Shown: one piece after another, positions 45,763-55,556 of the stretch
How the letters are laid out: each line of letters opens with the position of its first letter
Position numbering within the stretch: position 1 is the first letter of the stretch
Notes under the pieces: model-generated
What the model was told of the DNA's origin: nothing
Seen by the model: the letters and a program-made list of their open reading frames with translations, nothing else
The model's database searches: none
Made by a program: the position numbers and the translations under genes
From: a virus
DNA length: 64,000 nucleotides
Reading direction: 5' to 3' (one strand)
IMG/VR virus record: IMGVR_UViG_3300032246_001180
Coordinates: 104,243-168,242 of that record

Positions 45763-46929
45763 ATGTCAACAGTAAAAATATCACAACTACCACTCATCAC
45801 GGCATTAAATGCCAACACAGCCAATAGTTTGTTTATGGGTGTGGATATTCCAACAGGTGTTACCGGTAAATTTACCGCACATACGTTGGCGGCAAACCTT
45901 TACTCTAACGAAATATTAAATGTTGGTGTCAATCAACAGAACTTACCTAATACGATTGCACAATTTTCTTTGGGTGGCGAATCATATATCCAAACCAACC
46001 TCGTCAATACGAATGATGGTGGTACTGCTGACATAGTTGTAACCGCCAACGTAGGTTCTGGTGGTACGGATGCGGCCAACTTTATCGATATGGGTTATGC
46101 AAACAAGAACTATCAACCAGGTTCGGAATTTAATAATATTGGTAATGCTGTTAATCCAAAAGATGGTTATCTTTATGTTCAAGGTACCGCAGGATCAAAC
46201 GGTGGTAACTTAATTGTTGGTACAACTACATCGAATACAACATTAAAGTTTATTGTTGGTGGTGGTACAAGTGCAAATATTGTTGCTTCGATGACTTCTA
46301 ATAGTCTTGTGTTGAATACACAATCGTTTATTACTTTTGCTGATGGCACAAAACAAATTACAGCTGCAGCTTCTAATGCGTATTCACAGGCAGCTTTTGC
46401 ACAGGCAAATTCAGCAGCATCAAATACAATTATATCTCAAGGTATAAGTTCTACTCAAAATACAAACATTCAATCTGCATGGAACCAAGCGAATACCGCA
46501 AATAGTATTGCAAACACCGCATTACAAAACACCGCAAGTATTATTACGGCTGGTAACTTAACGGTTACTGGTAATTTACTAATAAATAACACAATTAATC
46601 CAGGAAAAGGTTTCATCTACACACCAAATATTTTTCCAAATTCGCAGACTGCAATTACGATTGACTTTGCAAATAACTCGGTTGTTCGTGCTCAGACAGC
46701 TGCAGGTTTAGTTGTAACATTATCAAACTTTGTAACAGGTAAAGTTGTTGATGCATGGATTACAAATACTGCTGGCACAAACCAAACATTTACTCATGGT
46801 GTTTCTGCTCTTAATTCAACAATTAATGCGACAACCTATAATATTCCAGGCACATCAACCATCTATGTAAAATACTGGAGTATGGATGGTACATTAACAA
46901 ATACTTTCTGTTCGATTGTTCACGCTTAA
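45763..46929 (+). CDS. virion structural/fibre protein
   Basis: MSTVKISQLP N-terminus; N/T/A-rich. Confidence 0.6.
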   Translation: MSTVKISQLPLITALNANTANSLFMGVDIPTGVTGKFTAHTLAANLYSNEILNVGVNQQNLPNTIAQFSLGGESYIQTNLVNTNDGGTADIVVTANVGSGGTDAANFIDMGYANKNYQPGSEFNNIGNAVNPKDGYLYVQGTAGSNGGNLIVGTTTSNTTLKFIVGGGTSANIVASMTSNSLVLNTQSFITFADGTKQITAAASNAYSQAAFAQANSAASNTIISQGISSTQNTNIQSAWNQANTANSIANTALQNTASIITAGNLTVTGNLLINNTINPGKGFIYTPNIFPNSQTAITIDFANNSVVRAQTAAGLVVTLSNFVTGKVVDAWITNTAGTNQTFTHGVSALNSTINATTYNIPGTSTIYVKYWSMDGTLTNTFCSIVHA

Positions 46930-46942
46930 TAAATAAGAAACT

Positions 46943-48301
46943 ATGGCAAATAAACAACTATTAACATGGGGTTCCAAAGTTGCTCAAGTAGAGCAGGCTT
47001 ATTATGCTCCGTCCGCAGGAACATTGACAACTTATATGTTTTTGGCAAACGTTGACCCTTGGACTGACGATGAAAATCCTCCCACACCAACACAAGACCA
47101 AGCTTCAATCAAAAGTTTATTCAAAAAAATCTTTGCTGCAAAATTAGTTACTGTAAATGATATTGCTCCAGTGATAGAGAGAATTGATTGGACTTCTGGC
47201 GTAACATATGACTATTATCGTGATGATATTGATATGTTTGAAATTGATGTTAATGGTTATTTGATTAGAAAATTTTATGTTAAGAACAAATACGACCAAG
47301 TTTTTAAATGCCTTTGGAACAATAACGGCGGTGCATCCGTAAGTGAACCTTATTTCCAACCAGGAAATTATAGTACCAACAATATTTTCCAAGGTGCAGA
47401 TGGTTACAAATGGAAATACATATACACAATTGAGATTGGTACAAAAGTAAAATTCATGGACACAGATTGGTTGCCTGTACCAGCTGGCGACAAGACACCT
47501 AATCCAATCAATAGTCCTGTTGGTGTTGGAAGTATCGATGTTGTTAATGTTGTTAATGGTGGTTCTGGTTATGCTCCAGGTACAGCGCCTATTACGGTAA
47601 CAATTACAGGCGATGGGACAGGTGCAACAGCAACTGTAGGAAGTGTAGTCAATGGATCAATCCAAGATATTGTTGTTTTGACTCCAGGAGCTGGTTATAA
47701 CTACGCTAATGTATCAGTAACAACAGCAAATGGTTCTGGCATAATTACTAATTCATTTACATCACCGATTGGTGGCCACGGTTACGACCCAATATCTGAA
47801 CTTGGTTGCGCTCATGTTATGTATTGTGTTGAATGGAACTCGGATGAATACACCAACGGAGTTGTTAATGTTCCAACAAATATAACATATTATCAAGTTG
47901 GATTAGTGGCCGATCCAGTATCTTTAGTAACTACACCATATCCTGCAAACAATTCAATATATAAAACCACAACAGATTTAACCGTTGCATCTGGATTTGG
48001 ATCCTATATTTCAGATGAGATTTTATATCAAGGTCCATCAGTATCTAATCCTACATTTAAAGGTACAGTAGTAACACATGATACAGGAAACAATGTGGTT
48101 AAGATGATAAATACAACTGGATATCTAACATACAATGCTCCTGTTTTTGGAAATACATCACAGACTGTGAGAACCTTGTTGACTAGTTCATCTCCTTCTT
48201 ATGTGTCTTCATCTGGATACCTGACATACATTGAAAACAGGTCAGGAATACAAAGAAGTTCTGACGGTATAGAACAATTTAAAATTATAATAGGATTCTA
48301 A
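46943..48301 (+). CDS. gp8: baseplate wedge gp8
   Basis: R.DW.SG..YD.Y, V.KCL.N, DGY.WKY.YT, GGHG, YIENR..I.R...E..K. Confidence 0.88.
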   Translation: MANKQLLTWGSKVAQVEQAYYAPSAGTLTTYMFLANVDPWTDDENPPTPTQDQASIKSLFKKIFAAKLVTVNDIAPVIERIDWTSGVTYDYYRDDIDMFEIDVNGYLIRKFYVKNKYDQVFKCLWNNNGGASVSEPYFQPGNYSTNNIFQGADGYKWKYIYTIEIGTKVKFMDTDWLPVPAGDKTPNPINSPVGVGSIDVVNVVNGGSGYAPGTAPITVTITGDGTGATATVGSVVNGSIQDIVVLTPGAGYNYANVSVTTANGSGIITNSFTSPIGGHGYDPISELGCAHVMYCVEWNSDEYTNGVVNVPTNITYYQVGLVADPVSLVTTPYPANNSIYKTTTDLTVASGFGSYISDEILYQGPSVSNPTFKGTVVTHDTGNNVVKMINTTGYLTYNAPVFGNTSQTVRTLLTSSSPSYVSSSGYLTYIENRSGIQRSSDGIEQFKIIIGF

Positions 48302-48310
48302 AGGAAAAAA

Positions 48311-51300
48311 ATGGCTCTGAACTTTAACGTAGACCCTTACTATGACGATTTTGATCCGTCTAAGAATTTCCATCGTGTGCTTTTTAAACCAGGTGCTGCT
48401 GTACAGGCTCGAGAACTCACTCAAGCTCAAACTATTTTACAGAATCAAATTTCAAATTTTGCAGACAGCATTTTTTCACAGAATACACCTGTTACCGGTG
48501 GTAAGATAACAACAAACCTTAATTGCCATTATTTAAAATTAAATTTACAATATAACAACGTTGATATTACAGCTGCGTCTTTCTTAAATAAAGTTATTCA
48601 AGACCCGACTGGTACTATTATTGCAAAGGTTATTGCAACAGCTGAATCTACTGGCACATCAACTACTGCTGGTGACCCACCAACCTTAATACTATCATAT
48701 AGATCCGGTATTCATTTTAGTGATGCTACTGTTATTATACCGTCCGATGGAACAAACATTGGTGGAACTACAATTGGTACAACTGGTGGAACAACGTGTA
48801 GCGGATTATCTTCGGTTGCTTCTATCTCTGACGGTGTTTTCTATGTCGTTAATGGTTATTCACAGTCTTCTGTGGCTAATTCAGATGGTAGTTTTACCAA
48901 ATACTCAATTGGTAACTTTGTTGCGGTACAACCACAAACAACAATACTTTCCAAATATAGTAACACCCCATCCTATCGCATAGGACTGTCTATAACTGAA
49001 ACGATTGTTGATTACGTCAACGATGCATCGTTACTTGACCCCGCCGTTGGAGCGTCTAATTATCAAGCCCCAGGCGCTGATAGATATGCTATCATATTAA
49101 CATTAACTTCAATACCACTTGCATTAGGATCCGATGATGCCTTTATTGAATTGGTGAGAATGGAAAACGGTGAAATTACCAAACAAGTAGACAATACCGT
49201 TTATTCGGTAATTGATGACTACTTTGCTAAACGTGATTTTGAAAGCAATGGTGATTATATTGTCAATGATTTCAAATTAACTCCATCCGCAAACACAATC
49301 GATAGCTCTAAGTATAACCTTGGTATTGGTAAAGGTGTTGCATATGTTCATGGTTATCGTATTGAGAACCAATCTCCATTAACTCTTGTAAGCGATAGAG
49401 CCAGAACAGTACAATCTGTTGGTACAAACAATGTTTACTTGGACTATGGTAACTACTTTTTTGTAGATACAGCCAATGGTACATTTGATGTTACTACTAT
49501 GCCAACGGTTGATTTACACCTTGTGCCTGCAATTAACATTGCATCAAACAACAATATGGTTAGTGCTAATGCTAATAGTTACAATTCAACAGTCATTGGC
49601 ACCGCTAGAGTAAGAGATATTCAATATGTTTCTGATACCAGCAGTTCAAATACACAAACATATGTTTATAAGTTATTTGTTTCCAACATACAGTCAAGAA
49701 CTATTTCTGGTGTAGCAGACTCCACAGGTTCATCTGCCACTACTATAAAGGTAAATGATGCAAGTCGTGCTAACTTTTCTAACGTAGCAAATGCTTACTA
49801 CGGTACGACAATTAATGTTACTGGTGGTACATCTATTGGTGATATTCGAACAATTGTTTCTTGGAGTGGTGCTACTAAGATAGCTACTGTTTCTCAACCG
49901 TTTACATTTGTTCCTGATGCGACAACAACCTTCACTTTAAACTTAGCACCAAAAGATGTTGACTCGATTGTTGTTAAAGATGGTGCTTATTCTTTCTCGG
50001 CAAATGCAAACATCAACGTTATTAATGGAAAAGAAAACGCACTCAATACTAATCCTACAATATTTGGTAATCCTGGATATCCCGAGATGTTATTCTCTAT
50101 AGGAAATCCTTACGTTGCTAATCTTTCTAGTTCTAGTTATAGTTCAACTAAAATTTATCGCAATCAATCGTTGTCAAGTTCAACACCGTTGACACTATCA
50201 GCACAAGGATCATTTACCTTTGTTGGTAACGGCACATTGAGTTCTGATGCCAAGAAACAAAACTTTATTGTTATCAGTAAGACCGCTACACCAGGTAAGA
50301 TATTAGATTTCTCTACCACAGGCAATACAATTGCAGTTTCTAGTTCACAAGCAACATTCACAACATCATATTATAATGACACGGTTGATATTATTGCAAA
50401 CATTAATGTGCCTTATGCGGACCATGCAACTGATGGTGGTTTGGTATTAAAGGCAAAGAGTTTAGTTACTGGTAATACAACAGCACTTGGTTCTTTTAGT
50501 TCAATTTCTGGAGTATCAAATACAACTATTGATTTGGCCAAAGGTCAAACATATATTACAAAAGTTGGTACAACAAGTTCTCAAGTATCTTTATATGTTT
50601 CTGATGTTAAGAAGATTAGAAAAATTATTGATACTGGTTCTTCTACTGTTTCTCCAACAGTTGCAATGTTAACATCGGCTTCATATGATGTAACATCTCA
50701 ATATCAATTGGTAAACGGTCAACAAGATTCTTATTATGACCATGCTTACTTGAAGCCATTGGTTGGTGGTGCAAAAGGTAATCTATTAGTGATGTATGAT
50801 TATTACAATCATACAGGCGGTGATGGTTACTTTAGTGTACTCTCATATCTATCTACTGGTGGTGGTTTTTCTACTTCACCTGAAAATTATGCAGAGATTG
50901 GTAATTATACGGCCGCTTCAGGTATAACATATAATTTAACCGATGTTTTAGATTTTAGACCTAAACGCACAAACGCCACAGGCACTTTTGCTTTTGATTA
51001 TGCAACAGCAGGTAACTTTAGAGGTATGTTGTTGCCTCAAGATTTGACTCAATTCCAAAGTTCATATTCATATTATCTTGGTAGAAAAGATTTATTAGTA
51101 TTAAGTAAAGATAAGAGTTTTAGTATTGTTTCGGGTATTCCTTCATTGACACCAACTTTCCCCACAACTCCGGATGGTTCGATGTTGTTGGCTAAACTAA
51201 CTCTTGATCCTTATACTGCATATGTTCCTGGTGAAAATACTGGCCAAGTTGTATCAAACTTATCACTTGAAAAAGTTTCTCATAATCGTTGGGCAAAAAG

Positions 51301-53149
51301 TGATATTTCCAATTTACAAACCCGTGTTAACAACTTAGAATACTACACATCATTAAGTGTGTTGGAACAAAGCGCACAGTCATTACAAGTTCCTGACGTT
51401 AATGGTTTGAACAGATTTAAAAATGGTATTTTAGTTGATGACTTTAGTTCTTTTGGCACGGCTGATACGGCTAATCCGGACTACTCAGCAAATATTAATA
51501 TCAGAACAAGACAATTAAAACCGTTGACACCTATAACCAACTTCCAATTACAAAACTTGCAAGTGTTAAATGGTTTAGGAACATTATCCAATACAAACAT
51601 TTATAATGTTTCCAGTATAAACGGTACAGGTACAAACATCTTTACATTACCATACACTAAAGCAAATGTTGTAACTCAACCACTTGCATCATCAACGATT
51701 AGTTTGAATCCGTTTAGTGTGAATATTTTCCAAGGAACAGCTGCACTAACACCTCCTTTAGACAATTGGGTTGATACTTGGAACGCACCAGCTATATTGA
51801 TTAGTGATCCTAATTTACAAATGTATCAAGTAGATGGAGTTTCTAATGCTTTAAGTGCGGGTGATTTTGCTACTGTTATTGGAACACAAGCACCAACAGG
51901 CACAAAAGGTGGATCCTCAACAGGCATGGGTAACGGTACAGACACCACAACTTATGCGAACGCAATTACCACTTACAATCCAGTTTCGGTTGCAATGAAT
52001 CAACAAAATGGTTACATAACCAACGTTACATTGTTGCCTTATATTAGACCACAAGAAATTGGTATTCGTTCTAAAGGTTTATTAATTAACACACCTATAT
52101 CAACATTTTTTGATGGAGTAAATGTCGACCAATACATTACTTCACCTGACACCTTAGAATTAAAACAAGTTGGTGGAAATTTCCAAGAAGATGATGTTGT
52201 TGGATTCTTTACAAACAACAACTTCTATCCTACTGCTCGTGTCATGGGTGTTTACAATTATCCTGGAACAGCCAACACACGATTGTACTTGTCAACAGTT
52301 CCTGGCGGACCAACATACACATCGACAGCAGTATTGCAACGTGGTGATTTTGACGAAAACGGAAATTATATTACGTCAAGTAACACCGCATGGGGTTTCT
52401 TAGCTTCAGATACAGGTCGTCAATCAATTAGTTTACAAGGTAGTATTACTGGTGTTGGTGGTTTGTATTTACCAAACTCAATAAGTCCTGTAACGATTTA
52501 TAAAGTTTATTATCCAAATATTTGGAACAGCTTTATGAATCAGTATGCCATTTGGGGAGATTTAAACCAAGGTACATCTTTCACATACAACAATGTGAAG
52601 TGGACACCATCAGTTGCAGGTGTGCATACAATCACAGCATCTTCTACAGGTACAAGTCAAACGGTAACTGCAAACGGAACTTCTGTTGGATTAGGAACAT
52701 TAAATTACTCAACAACAACTTCTGTAAATTACACAGTTACAACATTAGGGACAGTTACACTAAACGTTGCTGTAACAGGCGGAACAACCGGTTCATTTGA
52801 ACCAGGTTTTGCAATGATTATTAAAGACCCTACCGGTACTGTCGTGTATAGAACAGATGCACCGCCAAATTCTTTATATTCAGGTGTAACTGGAGAAGAA
52901 AATCTTCCAGAAGGTGGAACATATTTTACAGGTGTTACAACCGTTCAATTAGATTCTAAAGCTTCGTCTGCAAATAATTATTATGTTGGTACAGAAATAA
53001 ATGTTACTTCAAAATATGTTTACCAAGTCGTACAACAAACAGCGACATATCATCCAGCCAGATACTATCGTTCACCCGATGGTGATTCTAGTTGGAGTGC
53101 TCCAGCTTATGCTACATTTGAAAATAAGTCTGCGGACTATTCACTATAA
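48311..53149 (+). CDS. VrlC/DUF4815-like large structural protein, N-terminal part
   Basis: FNV.PYYDDFD..K.F.R.LF.PG..VQARELTQ.Q, APGADR, LDFRP, LEYYTSLS.LE, RFK.G..VD.F. Confidence 0.85.
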   Translation: MALNFNVDPYYDDFDPSKNFHRVLFKPGAAVQARELTQAQTILQNQISNFADSIFSQNTPVTGGKITTNLNCHYLKLNLQYNNVDITAASFLNKVIQDPTGTIIAKVIATAESTGTSTTAGDPPTLILSYRSGIHFSDATVIIPSDGTNIGGTTIGTTGGTTCSGLSSVASISDGVFYVVNGYSQSSVANSDGSFTKYSIGNFVAVQPQTTILSKYSNTPSYRIGLSITETIVDYVNDASLLDPAVGASNYQAPGADRYAIILTLTSIPLALGSDDAFIELVRMENGEITKQVDNTVYSVIDDYFAKRDFESNGDYIVNDFKLTPSANTIDSSKYNLGIGKGVAYVHGYRIENQSPLTLVSDRARTVQSVGTNNVYLDYGNYFFVDTANGTFDVTTMPTVDLHLVPAINIASNNNMVSANANSYNSTVIGTARVRDIQYVSDTSSSNTQTYVYKLFVSNIQSRTISGVADSTGSSATTIKVNDASRANFSNVANAYYGTTINVTGGTSIGDIRTIVSWSGATKIATVSQPFTFVPDATTTFTLNLAPKDVDSIVVKDGAYSFSANANINVINGKENALNTNPTIFGNPGYPEMLFSIGNPYVANLSSSSYSSTKIYRNQSLSSSTPLTLSAQGSFTFVGNGTLSSDAKKQNFIVISKTATPGKILDFSTTGNTIAVSSSQATFTTSYYNDTVDIIANINVPYADHATDGGLVLKAKSLVTGNTTALGSFSSISGVSNTTIDLAKGQTYITKVGTTSSQVSLYVSDVKKIRKIIDTGSSTVSPTVAMLTSASYDVTSQYQLVNGQQDSYYDHAYLKPLVGGAKGNLLVMYDYYNHTGGDGYFSVLSYLSTGGGFSTSPENYAEIGNYTAASGITYNLTDVLDFRPKRTNATGTFAFDYATAGNFRGMLLPQDLTQFQSSYSYYLGRKDLLVLSKDKSFSIVSGIPSLTPTFPTTPDGSMLLAKLTLDPYTAYVPGENTGQVVSNLSLEKVSHNRWAKSDISNLQTRVNNLEYYTSLSVLEQSAQSLQVPDVNGLNRFKNGILVDDFSSFGTADTANPDYSANINIRTRQLKPLTPITNFQLQNLQVLNGLGTLSNTNIYNVSSINGTGTNIFTLPYTKANVVTQPLASSTISLNPFSVNIFQGTAALTPPLDNWVDTWNAPAILISDPNLQMYQVDGVSNALSAGDFATVIGTQAPTGTKGGSSTGMGNGTDTTTYANAITTYNPVSVAMNQQNGYITNVTLLPYIRPQEIGIRSKGLLINTPISTFFDGVNVDQYITSPDTLELKQVGGNFQEDDVVGFFTNNNFYPTARVMGVYNYPGTANTRLYLSTVPGGPTYTSTAVLQRGDFDENGNYITSSNTAWGFLASDTGRQSISLQGSITGVGGLYLPNSISPVTIYKVYYPNIWNSFMNQYAIWGDLNQGTSFTYNNVKWTPSVAGVHTITASSTGTSQTVTANGTSVGLGTLNYSTTTSVNYTVTTLGTVTLNVAVTGGTTGSFEPGFAMIIKDPTGTVVYRTDAPPNSLYSGVTGEENLPEGGTYFTGVTTVQLDSKASSANNYYVGTEINVTSKYVYQVVQQTATYHPARYYRSPDGDSSWSAPAYATFENKSADYSL

Positions 53150-53161
53150 CGGAAAATAAAA

Positions 53162-55324
53162 ATGTCTATTCAATCGGCAATATATAATTTTAAGTCAACA
53201 ATAACTGCATATAATGGTGTAACCAAAGTTGCAACATTAAGTTCGCCTGTGGAAATTTCTTTAGGGTATAATGGTACCTTAGGTCAATTAACATCACAAT
53301 ATACGTTATCAGGAAACAACACAAGTATTCTTGCAGCTATTAGAGATGGTACACAACCAAATCAATTATCTACTGATGAAAATGGAAGTTTTTATGGCAT
53401 TCTTAATGTGCCACCAGGAACATTTAAAGTTGGTTCTAGAGTTTTTCGTTTAGACAATAGAACAATTGATAATGATCCATCGACAGCAACAACTTATGCT
53501 GAAGCAACCTTCACTGCTGCAGGTCTTTCTACAACATCACAAACGTTGCAATTTTCTCCGTCAACAGATTCGGCATCAGTAAAATTTACACCAACACAGT
53601 ACCAATCAAAACAACAAATTAGTACGATTGCCAGTTACACTCAATTTGATCCTGTTGCACAATCATTTATTGTACCAAAAGAAAACTATCCAAACGGTGT
53701 GTTTATTCTTTCGGTAAAACTTTTCTTTAGAACAAAACCTACTACAACAAACACTCCTGTTGTTGTTTCTATTGTACCAACATTGAATGGTTATCCAAAT
53801 GGCGATGCATTGGACTATTCTACTGTTTCACTACACGCAGACCAAGTTCAAACAAGCACAACACCACATTATTTGGACGCTTCATCATACACGGAATTTA
53901 TGTTTAAGGCTCCCGTGTATATTAAAGCTGGCGAAACATATGCAATATTGATTCAAACAAGTTCGCCTGATTATACTGTTTACTATGCTCAACAAAATTC
54001 TACTGCTGTTGCTTCAACAGCGAGAGCTTTACCAACAGATAGTATACCTTCAAACCCAACAAAAATTGGTGCTGTACCTAATAGTGGTGCATTTTTTGAA
54101 TCACAAAATGGTTCAACATGGACTGCGGATTTAACCAAAGATTTGATGTATGTAATTGATAGATGTGTGTTTAATACTGCTATCACACCACAAATTAATT
54201 TCGTTGTGCCGCAAGGAATGCCTAAGAGAAAACTTCTTACTAGCGATATTCAATATAAATTGGATCCAGATTTAGTAAACGGAATTTATCGTAGTGCAGG
54301 TGGTAGTCAACGTGTTGATGCTCTAAATGTAACCACAACTGACTTTTCTCCTACAAGTACCGCAATTAATTATCAATATACGGGAACACTATTGAAAGGA
54401 AATATAACAGATGGTCCTTATAGTATTATTCCTGGAAAATATGCATCACCTTTATCAGAAGAAATTCATTTAAATGATGGTAAAGGCGCTCGTGTTTTAT
54501 TGGCAAACACAGACAGCTCATTCACATTAGCTGCAACTCTTTCATCAAATGATTCAGCGGTTAGTCCAATTCTATCAGATGATGGTTTAACATTGTATAA
54601 TGTTCGATACTCTATTAACAATATGGGTTTATCTAATCCTGTTATTTCGATTGCAAATACTGGTGCTGGATATAATGCGAATACAACTAGTGTAACAGTA
54701 AGTTCTCCAGATATTGGTACAGATATTGCCGTATGTTCTGCAAACGTACAAAGTGGAAACGTTGTTTCTGTTACAGTAACTTATCGTGGTTCAGGATACT
54801 TAACTACACCAACAATCACAGTATCAGATTCTACGACCCGTGGCGGTAATGCAAACTGTGTAGTGGTTGTTTCAGGTGAAACAAGTCCTGCCGGTGGAAA
54901 CGGAATTACCAAATACTTCACTAAGAAGGTTGTGCTTGCTGCTGGACAAGACTCAGGTGATTTGCGTGTGTATTATTCTGCATACAAACCAGTTGGTACT
55001 GGTGTATATGTCTACTACAAAATATTAAGTAGTAACGACACACAAAAATTTGAAGAAGGAAATTGGCAACTAATGACACAAGTTGGAGGATATAATACAT
55101 ACTCCGCCAACAGAAATGATATTATAGAATATGAATGTGCGCCAGGTTCATTTACTAGTGGTTTGGCCAACAATTCAATTTCTTACACAGGCATTAATGG
55201 TCAAACGTATAACAACTTTATTCAGTTTGCAATTAAAGTCGTAATGGCTACCAAAGATTCAACTAATATTCCTATCATAGAAGACATCCGTGCGTTAGCG
55301 TTACCATCAGGAACAGGAATTTAA
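53162..55324 (+). CDS. VrlC/DUF4815-like structural protein, C-terminal part
   Basis: TDENG, DP.AQSF, F.F..PVY, F.SQNG.TW, F..FAIK.V...P...D.RA.A. Confidence 0.8.
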   Translation: MSIQSAIYNFKSTITAYNGVTKVATLSSPVEISLGYNGTLGQLTSQYTLSGNNTSILAAIRDGTQPNQLSTDENGSFYGILNVPPGTFKVGSRVFRLDNRTIDNDPSTATTYAEATFTAAGLSTTSQTLQFSPSTDSASVKFTPTQYQSKQQISTIASYTQFDPVAQSFIVPKENYPNGVFILSVKLFFRTKPTTTNTPVVVSIVPTLNGYPNGDALDYSTVSLHADQVQTSTTPHYLDASSYTEFMFKAPVYIKAGETYAILIQTSSPDYTVYYAQQNSTAVASTARALPTDSIPSNPTKIGAVPNSGAFFESQNGSTWTADLTKDLMYVIDRCVFNTAITPQINFVVPQGMPKRKLLTSDIQYKLDPDLVNGIYRSAGGSQRVDALNVTTTDFSPTSTAINYQYTGTLLKGNITDGPYSIIPGKYASPLSEEIHLNDGKGARVLLANTDSSFTLAATLSSNDSAVSPILSDDGLTLYNVRYSINNMGLSNPVISIANTGAGYNANTTSVTVSSPDIGTDIAVCSANVQSGNVVSVTVTYRGSGYLTTPTITVSDSTTRGGNANCVVVVSGETSPAGGNGITKYFTKKVVLAAGQDSGDLRVYYSAYKPVGTGVYVYYKILSSNDTQKFEEGNWQLMTQVGGYNTYSANRNDIIEYECAPGSFTSGLANNSISYTGINGQTYNNFIQFAIKVVMATKDSTNIPIIEDIRALALPSGTGI

Positions 55325-55325
55325 A

Positions 55326-55556
55326 ATGGCTTTAGTTAAGGTTACAGATACATCTTTTCTCCGAGATACCAACTCCAGAGCATTGTTAAATATGGATCAG
55401 ACTGCAAAGAATGATTATTTAACTAAGGTTAAAATGTTAAAGACCCAAAAGGATGAAATAAATACTGTAAAATCAGAGATATCAGCAGTAAAAGAAGATA
55501 TGTTGGAAATAAAACAACTGCTGTTCAAATTATTAGAAAAAGGCTCCAATGGCTAA
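55326..55556 (+). CDS. small coiled-coil protein
   Basis: RD..S.A.LN motif; typical after DUF4815 genes. Confidence 0.7.
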   Translation: MALVKVTDTSFLRDTNSRALLNMDQTAKNDYLTKVKMLKTQKDEINTVKSEISAVKEDMLEIKQLLFKLLEKGSNG

